Shown: piece after piece, positions 55,274-64,000 of the stretch
Layout: each line of letters begins with the position of its first letter
Numbering within the stretch: the stretch's first letter is position 1
NCBI GenBank assembly: GCA_951406725.2
Contig: OX597823.1
Coordinates: 87,792,001-87,856,000, forward strand
DNA: 64,000 nt
Direction: 5' to 3'
Origin: Octopus vulgaris
Lineage: Eukaryota
Translations under genes and position numbers: made by a program
The notes under the pieces: model-generated
What the model was told of the DNA's origin: nothing
What the model saw: the letters and a program-made list of their open reading frames with translations, nothing else
The model's database searches: none

Positions 55274-56163
55274 CAGGGTATATGAGTAAACTGTTGACAT
55301 TTTATGTTTTTAATTTCGCGCATGATCATTGTTTGTTTTTTTGTTTTTTTTTGTCGACTGCACATTATAGTAGGGTCATATGGGCACCGTCTGCAAGAAA
55401 AACATCATAACGCAATTCACTCTGCCAGACTTTTGGAAACGATATTCTGTACTGCCTGGCATTCGCGCCGTAAGCATCAATACGAACGTTTCAGAGAGTT
55501 AGGACGTCAATCTGAGAACAGTGTTATCTGGGTAAATGTGCTGAGAGTCATAAACATCAGAAATTCAGTAAACATCATGGTGTTTGGTGTGATCACTAGT
55601 GATGACGACTTTATACCTTCATTCATATTCCCACACGGCCTCACACTCAACACGGAGGCCTACATCATGTGTCTAGAGGAGATAGTGCTACCCTGGGTGA
55701 ATAGGGTGGCTGCTGGTGGACCCTATATTTGGCAACAGGACTCTATCCTATGCCAGACAAGTAGGAGAACCCGGGTAAAGTCGCTAGATAATTTCTGCGA
55801 CCACACCATTCTGAACATCTGGCTACATAACTTCCCAGACTGGAACACCCTTCATTATTATGTGTGTCGCACAGAGGAGCGAGAGACCAACAAAAGTCGT
55901 TGTATCACCAAAGATGAACTAAAGGCAAGGATTATGGCAGCATCCACCAGCTGCATTAATCCTGCGTCCAGAAGAGTTGCAGGAGATTCCGATTTTGTCT
56001 GGAGGCGGTGGTTGAAGCCAATGGAGATTTTATTGAGTAAACATACTTTTTGGTATTTCAAGATATGTTTGTGTAATTTTGGTAAATATATCTGCTAAAA
56101 TGAGATGTCAGTGTTATTTTCCTTTTTGCGAAGTTTAGACGACAATTTATTTACCGCACCCTG
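55274..56163 (+). mobile_element. Internally deleted Tc1/mariner-superfamily DD37D (maT-type) transposon
   Basis: TA|CAGGGT...ACCCTG|TA termini; ORF 55304..56098 has IMVFGVITSD..YIWQQDS-(37-aa spacer)-H in place of D (W..N.PD.N.L[D]YYV); N-terminal DNA-binding part largely missing. Confidence 0.85.
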
Positions 56164-56586
56164 TACGTGTAATTCCTATAGAACTTTTCGAGTGCCACTG
56201 TCTTTAGTATGTCCACTCACTGGAGCAGTTAAAATCCAGGTTACATATGTTTCGTAGATCCTCTGAAATATCGACTACTCAACGAAGGTTACTCCATCAG
56301 CTATTTGTCAGGCCTAAGATTCCTTTGAGTTTTTATTCACATTCATAGCCCTAGTTGCTCATCGTGAAGTATGAAAAAGATTTTTCGGCTTATCGAAATT
56401 CGATATGGGAAAAACCTACAACATTCTACATCAATAAACTCTTATTGTTCCGGTAAGCTTCATTTTATACCGCCCACAGACAGTTCGAAGCTTACTAACC
56501 TCTTTCACTTAGATACTTGGATCTTACAATTATATATCAATGATATATACATACATACATACATACATACATACACATATATTTAT

Positions 56587-56621
<35 letters not shown>

Positions 56622-56741
56622 CATACATACATTTATACACACACACACGTATATATATATATATACACACATATGTATGTATATCTATATACATATGCGT
56701 GCATATACTTACAGACACGCATATGTATGCTTGTATGAATG

Positions 56742-56775
<34 letters not shown>

Positions 56776-58591
56776 CAATATGTGGGTTGTCAATACAAAT
56801 CTTACTATATATGTAATAAAAAAAGAAGTTTGTACTAATACGTTGCTATATATCAAATTAATGTCTGGGAAGCTGTGTATATCTAACTCTTTATTGTAAT
56901 GTGAGAAAACATTATATTCTCTTTATTCATTGCATATATGCTAATCAGAAACTGTCTGGACAAGTATTCATGTGATAATTGTAGGAATATTGATGGTTAT
57001 TTATAACAAATGATTCAGCAAAATTTTATACGAAATTGTGCACAGTTAGATATCTGACACAGCATGACAACTAGGTATTTGATAAATAGTAATTGACTCC
57101 TGATAGTTGAAACTGTTTAACAGTTAAATACTTGTCAAATACCAAAATGCCATTGGGTCGCTCCGGAATCACAGATATATATAATTTTTTTTTTATCTCA
57201 AAGTGAATGAGAAAATATACTGTTATAGAATTATTGGAAAGACTGTTTAATAGTTTTCTGGTTATTTTGTCCTAATTTCTATAACTTTTTGTTACCATTG
57301 TTTAGCCGCGCGTAAATCATTATTCTCCAGACCTATAGAGTTATTTCGGTTCTAGCCATACCATTTTCAGCGTTATTTCGAAGTATACAGCTTAACACTT
57401 TAATTATTTACTTAACTGTGAGATGTGTATTTTAAGGAAGATGTGCGAGCTATTTCAAGTATTCTGTGTGTCTATTTTGATAATCTCTTTCCAGAATAAA
57501 CACGTGCGGAATATTGTTCTCTGAAAATAGCGAATTTCACTTTAAATCCAAGAGCGGTCGTTTGGAAGGAAATTAGGGCATTCATGATTGTCTTACAATA
57601 TTGTCTTATTCTCATATACTGCAATAATATTCCTCGCATTTTCCGTTGCATTCTTGTCTTTATTGAACTTATAAAGCAAAATAAGCGGAATATGCTCCTT
57701 TGCCACTTCCGTTACAGCTTTGAAAAAAATAAGTCTCAAAATCGAACTGAACTCTTCAAAACTTGCACTAAGAATAAAGTATTTTATTCGAGACACAAGG
57801 GCCAAACATAGAGAGGACGATACAAAATGAACACGAGGTCGGGATGCGTATTGAAATACATAGAAATGAACAATTAAAAATTTCTGATAATAAAACGAAA
57901 GGAAAACAATGAAGTGGGGGGACGGGTACGACTCCGCAAGACACGTTTCTCCACTGGACCTTTTGGTTTACTTTTTGTAGTCTACATTCACGCAGAACCT
58001 TTGATTCCCAACATCTATACCACTTGCTTCCATCATTTACCATACGATCCGATGACAGATACCTCCTCCCAAGCCTTATTTTCCTTCGTAGAAGGAAAGC
58101 AAAGCTTACCAATTATTGGCCAGAGATGAAGAACAGTGAATTCTTATTGACCATATGGAGGTACTTGACTAATATACTACTCGGTATAGGGTCGATATAT
58201 GGCTATGACACGTTTTACTTATGCTTATAGTTCGACACCATAAACTCTGGCTGTTACAGGATTCTAAAATGATATACTAATAATGTATGTGCCAAGGGAA
58301 AATTATCCATCCATATATTGGAGTCGTACAATTAATATCTCCATATATTACATACATTATGTCATAAACTAAGGAAACGTTAAGTTATATTCTTTGATAT
58401 CGTACATTTGAAAAGTAGACTGAATGATCATATTTTTAAAGTTTTAGTCATAAGACTACTGGACAAACATTGACGTGTAACTAAAATATATTTATTGTTA
58501 GTACCTTTGTCTAACATCATTAACATGAAGATATATGTTACTGAAAATGCCTCCACTTATCACAATGAACATGCATAGATCCAACTGATTA

Positions 58592-59424
58592 CTTTGTGAA
58601 ATTCTCATTATTTGTTGAAATTTCTCCGTTCAAGTTTGTAAGGCTTCATATGAATCTTGCCTTTACAATATTCTATTGTATAAACATTAATGCTATTATG
58701 GTTATTTCTGATTTAAATGATACTTATAAATTGAAAGTGTTTCTCCTTTATATATGCTATCGTCGTTTTCTTAAATAGTATCTACTCCCAATTGTAAATG
58801 ATATTGTAGAAAGTGATATTTTCAATGGAAGCTTCTGATACTATCAATATATTATTGATAAGTAAACTATGAACACAACGGAATTTTAGCATTTGATGAG
58901 CACCATATATTGAAGCGAAGGTTTTGAAATTCAAGTTAAATGTGCTGATTGCAAGGAAGTATGCTCGTATTTATCTGAATTTTTAATAATTTACGCTACA
59001 CTTCTCTTTAGTGTAGTGAAATATGCGAGTAGGATCGAAATGAATGGTAGGGTTTTCTCTTATATTTATCTGATAAGCAGAATTTAACTTGAATTTCAAA
59101 ACCTTCTCTTCAATATATGGTGCTCATCAAATGCTAAAATTCCGTTGTGTTCACAGTTTACTTATCAATAATATGCTGATAGTATCCATTGAAAATATCA
59201 CTTTCTACAATATCATTTACAATTGGGAGTAGATACTATTTAAGAAAACGACGATAGCATATATAAAGGAGAAACACTTTCAATTTATAAGTATCATTTA
59301 AATCAGAAATAACCATAATAGCATCAATATGTATACAATAGAATATTGTAAAGGCAAGACTCATATGAAGCCTTACAAACTTGAACGGAGAAATGTCAAC
59401 AAATACTATGAGTATTTCACAAAG
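58592..59424. mobile_element. Foldback/MITE-like element, ~355-bp inverted arms, flanked by TA
   Basis: 58590-58947 is the reverse complement of ~59076-59426 with few differences (one ~8-bp indel); spacer ~130 bp; TA|CTTTGTGAAAT...ATTTCACAAAG|TA. Confidence 0.85.
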
Positions 59425-59574
59425 TAAAATTTTATGATGAACATAGTATCAAAAACTGTCACTTCGACTCAGGAAACTAAAAATACATTTGTGTGTGTGT
59501 GTGCGCGCGTGTGCGTACGTGTGCGTGCGTGTATTTATTTATACACACACGCACTATTAAATATATATAGAGAG

Positions 59575-59615
<41 letters not shown>

Positions 59616-60047
59616 GTGATATACATCTGGAAAATCCTGGAGGGTCTTGTCCCAAACTTTGGCATTCAAAGTTACTCCAACTGCAGAACGGGGCGCCGCT
59701 GCGTGGTGCCAAGGATTCCAACATCACTATCAAAATACAGGTCCAGATACTGCAACAGCTTGGGTTTCAGAGGACCACAGCTCTTTAACATCCTCCCTAA
59801 ATGCCTGAGAGACTTACATGGTGTGGATGTGGGTTTCTTTAAAACTAAACTGGATCTCTTCTTGTTGGGAGTCCCAGATGAACCTACCTCACGACAGGAG
59901 ACACGGATGCGGGCAGCAGCATCGAACTCCCTTGTTGATCAAGTGCCACGTATCAGAGGTGGATTCACAAACTAGTGTAGCTCATTCAGCGGTGGTGCCC
60001 CAGCATGGCCGCGGCCTTCGGGTTAGAACATTTTTAAGGATTTTTAA

Positions 60048-60050
<3 letters not shown>
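59616..60050 (+). mobile_element. CR1/L2-group LINE 3' end (ORF2 C-terminus, 3' UTR, tandem tail)
   Basis: ORF 59616..59975 IYIWKILEGLVPN...SLGFRGPQLFNILPKCLR...FKTKLDLFL..VPDEP...AASNSL; tail (TTTTTAAGGA)2; inserted in (AT)n. Confidence 0.8.
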
Positions 60051-60112
<62 letters not shown>

Positions 60113-60235
60113 TATGTATGTATATGTATGAATTTATGTATATGTGTGTTTGTATATACATATGTATGTCTTGAAAGATAATTAAAGATATACATTTATA
60201 CACATATATATATAAATGCATTCATATATTTATAA

Positions 60236-60282
<47 letters not shown>

Positions 60283-61266
60283 GGAAGAGAGAGAGAGAGA
60301 GAGATAATCAATATCAAACCTATTTTATTAAACCAAAATGAAATAAATTTCACATCAGAATGGATATAAAAATGGATTATATATTTATTTCATATTTCCT
60401 ATTCCCAGACAATTTTTTTTTTTTGACAAAAGTACCAAGATTTCCATAAATAGAACATCAGAAAGGTCGAATTTGTCCTCTTCGGTAGGTGAGATTTAGA
60501 TAAAATAAAAAAAAATAAACGAGAAGTTTAAAATATACATAAGATTTTTTCAGGTATTAGTATATTTATCCTTCCACTCACAATTATTAGAATCGAGAGG
60601 AAAAGCATTGAAGGCCTTGGCTGGTTACATATCTAATATTTATATTTTTGACTTGCTCACGGTTAAAGGTAAATATATCTATTTAAAAAAGCTAGCTATA
60701 GAACGTCCTGCTAAAGATGTATGTGTATGCCCGAACGAAAATACCAAATAAGGAGCGATATGTTATTTGAAATTTATATTTAAAGATTTTCCAATGTCAA
60801 TTGTCATTTCTACTGTTTTTAAGTAAATAGGAAGCTAGTACTAGCATGTAAGATTGGTTAATAGTTTTTCATATAAGTATTACAAGAAAGTCAACAATCA
60901 ATCCATGTAAAATATAGTTATTATATGTCGCTTTCGTTGTCTAAAAAAATCTATACAAAATTAAAAGAAAAATAAGAATCTTACGAAATCCGTACAAACT
61001 TGAGTAAAGATGTTTTAAAAGTGAACCACTTACGTGATTGTCATAAAATATAATAACGTGTAATTGATCTATATTACATACTGAATAAAGTTTTTTTTAA
61101 GATAAATGATTATTTCTTCGATATACTTTGTTTATGGCGGAAATAGTGTTATGTTTTTCACAAGGAGGAAATCTAATAAACATATGCTATATATTTCTAA
61201 TCGATGCAAGGGAGTCAATATTTGTAAAACCTTAAATACTAGCTAGATTTTTAAATGACAAATGCC

Positions 61267-61298
<32 letters not shown>

Positions 61299-61397
61299 AG
61301 TGTGTGTGTGTGTGGGCACATACATAGAAAAATATGATTAAAAAAGCGTGATAAAAATCACAATCGAAATGTGTATTTCAAGTACTAATAATATACT

Positions 61398-61470
<73 letters not shown>

Positions 61471-61483
61471 AACTATCTAAGTA

Positions 61484-61516
<33 letters not shown>

Positions 61517-61850
61517 TAATTCATAAGAGAATATTAGGATAAACATCAATTTAATGATTTTTATCTGGTAGTCAGTATGCTATAACAATTTATAACCAAT
61601 TTATACCTTAAATATATATAATTATATACAAATGTATATTGACGAAACCGGTATGACTTTGAATCTCTTTAACAATTCAAAATAATGATCTTTATTCCTC
61701 TTAATTCTACCTCAGTTCATCTAATTGTATATATTTATCGTTACTTTCCATAAAAAACCTTTATTTGTTTTCAATTCAATGTGCCTTTTCTTTTTACTTT
61801 CTCCATATATCTACCACATGTAGTTTCTTTTTCTCTTTGAAACCTATTTC

Positions 61851-61888
<38 letters not shown>

Positions 61889-61898
61889 TTATAGAAGG

Positions 61899-61949
61899 AG
61901 CTTCTACAGGACTAGAACTGTTTCATTTAGATGAAATCTTCAGGAAGCT
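61899..61949 (-). ncRNA. Type I hammerhead ribozyme motif next to a PLE
   Basis: AGCUUC-CUGAAGA-UUUCAUCUAAAU-GAAA-CAG(UUCUAGUC)CUG-UA-GAAGCU: 6-bp stem I, 4-bp stem III, GUA cleavage triplet, weak stem II. Confidence 0.7.
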
Positions 61950-62169
61950 GGCTGTCAAAATAAGTTCAGGTATTTATGCATTTAGGCAAATTTAATGGAG
62001 TGGTGGTGGGGGACGTTTTTTGGGGTAGGTTGGTAATAGAAGATAAACAGGGCACAAGCTATTGTTCTTAGAGGAGTGGTCAAAAGGCCAGAGTGTTTTT
62101 GAAATGAGAAGAATCAGTGAGAAAATAAATAAATGAATAAATAGAATAAATGAATAGAAACAGATATAT

Positions 62170-63269
62170 GGGATGGGATTTATCCTTTACACTTTTTTTA
62201 AAAACTTAGGCCTTAGGATTAGATTCGAACTTAACCAAAGCTAACTTCCTTGACGTTACCCTCGATTTAGAAACCTCCCTTTATTACCCGTACCATAAAC
62301 CTAATGAATCCCTTAGATACATAGACATTTTGACCACCCCAAAAATATATTAGACAACCTAGTGAAAAGTGTCTCCATTAGGATATCTAGCCTCTCTGCC
62401 ACCGAGGTTATCTTTAATGCCGCAGCCCCCTATTACAACGAAGCCCTGGCCCGCAGTGGCTTTAGATCACCTACATTAGCATAGCCCCACGCCCACCCAA
62501 GAATAATAGGCGAAGACACATTAGCTGGTACAACACCCCCCTTCAACCGTGAAGTTTCAACACCTGTAGCTAAAATTTTCTTCACTCTCTTACAAAAACA
62601 CTTCCCCACCCAACATAAGTACTATACAATCCTTAATAAGAACACCCTTAGACTCTCCTACTCCACCACACCCAATCTAGCTAGAAATAAATCTACTTTT
62701 TTCGAAGCCCATCCAGCATCCGACAGCAACTGCAATTGCAACTTCCCTGATAAGACTACTTGCCCCCTCAACAACAACTGCCTACAGAAAGATCTCGTCT
62801 ACATATGCGATGTACGATCAGGCCCCGATGATAAAAGAAAATCGTACATCGGAATGACCTCAAATAGTTTTAAGAATCGCTGGTACGCCCACACACATTC
62901 GTTCCGGAGACCTGACAAATCTAACCAGACTACTCTCGCCGCCCATATCTGGCACCTTAAAAGGAACTCCATCCCCTTCAAGATCAAGTGGAGACTACTC
63001 CAGAGAGCGCGCTCTTAAACGGGAGGCCATACTTACTGTGACCTTTGCATTTCTGAGAGCTTGGAGATCTTATTCGCCAAAGGCCCTCTCCTCAACAAGA
63101 TCTCGGAACACTCCCCAAACTGTATGCACAAAATCTATGCAAACTACAAAAATTGCAGACCCACCCGGCCACCCGATTGACGACACCCCACCCACAAACA
63201 AACCCCCCCACCCCCGCTCCCACCAAACCACCGTTCCTTCATCACCCCAATTACCTTCTCTCCTAAGAC

Positions 63270-63270
<1 letters not shown>
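62170..63270 (+). mobile_element. Penelope-like element 3' part (RT C-terminus plus GIY-YIG), probably Naiad-like, pseudogenised
   Basis: ANFLDVTLDL..YYPYHKPNE..YID, RISSLS..E.IF..AAPYYNEAL..SGF, ISWYN.PF.......KHFP, CNC...CPLNNNCLQKDLVY..YIGMTSNSFKNRWYAHTHSF..IWHLK..CDLC.SE..LNK.SE....CMH; frameshifts and one stop. Confidence 0.85.
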
Positions 63271-63312
<42 letters not shown>

Positions 63313-63447
63313 GTATATGTGCACATATATGTATATAAGTGCGTATATATGTATGTGTGCATATGTATATGTACATATGTATGTGTATGCGTATATATAT
63401 ATATATATGTGTATGTGTATATATGTGCATATGTATGTATGCGCGTG

Positions 63448-63480
<33 letters not shown>

Positions 63481-64000
63481 GTATATATATATATGTATAT
63501 ATATGTATATATATATATGTATATATATGTATATATATATATGTGTATATGTATATATACATATGTTTCTATGTGTGTGTATGTATTTATGTATGTGTGT
63601 ACATGTGTATATATTTATATGTATGTATATGTTTATGTATGTATATGTATATATGCATATATGTGTATTTATATGTGTGTATGTATGTATGTATATGTGT
63701 ATATGTGTATATATATGTGCATGTATGTATATATGTATATGTGTGTGTGTGTGTATGTGTATATGCATGTATATATTTATGTATGCGTATGTGTATTTAT
63801 ATATACATGTGTATTTGTATATAAATGTATGTGTGTATGCATGTATATTTGTGTATGGATGTATGTATATATATATATAATATTATATAAATTAGAGACA
63901 AAACCACTATTAGGCAAATCAAACAATTTATTAATATTTATTATTATATATAAATATATATATATATATATGGACATGTAGATTTATGTATGTGTATATA

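Noticed and set aside
57768-58230. Overlapping 68-114-aa ORFs in unique DNA
   Set aside because: No motif recognised and no consistent exon boundaries.
62728-63130. Selenocysteine recoding in the Naiad-like PLE
   Set aside because: The Cys positions I checked (CNC, CPL, CDLC, CMH) use TGC/TGT, and the in-frame stop is TAA, not TGA.

Overview
AT-rich, microsatellite-saturated animal genomic DNA (intergenic or deep intronic). The repeat families strongly suggest an octopus or other cephalopod; this is inferred from pattern, not searched. I found no recognisable host gene, and almost all listed ORFs are translations of (AT)n, (AAT)n, (AAG)n and (ACAT)n tracts. The window is mostly decayed transposons: at least four tRNA-headed SINE families; many 5'-truncated RLE-type (Dong/R4-like) LINE pieces, five of them stacked head-to-tail at 20.1-24.7 kb around TAA repeats; Penelope-like elements (PLEs) with GIY-YIG remnants; a DD37D (maT) and a mariner remnant; a non-autonomous Helitron; a CR1/L2-group LINE 3' end; and an ~835-bp foldback element. 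There is also a 100-N scaffold gap. The most notable signal is a set of minimal type-I hammerhead ribozyme (HHR) motifs in several repeat families. One family looks like a tRNA-headed SINE ending in a hammerhead and occurs in head-to-head inverted arrangements, making it a candidate Penelope-mobilised, self-cleaving SINE. All alignments, translations and folds were done by eye, and element boundaries are approximate.
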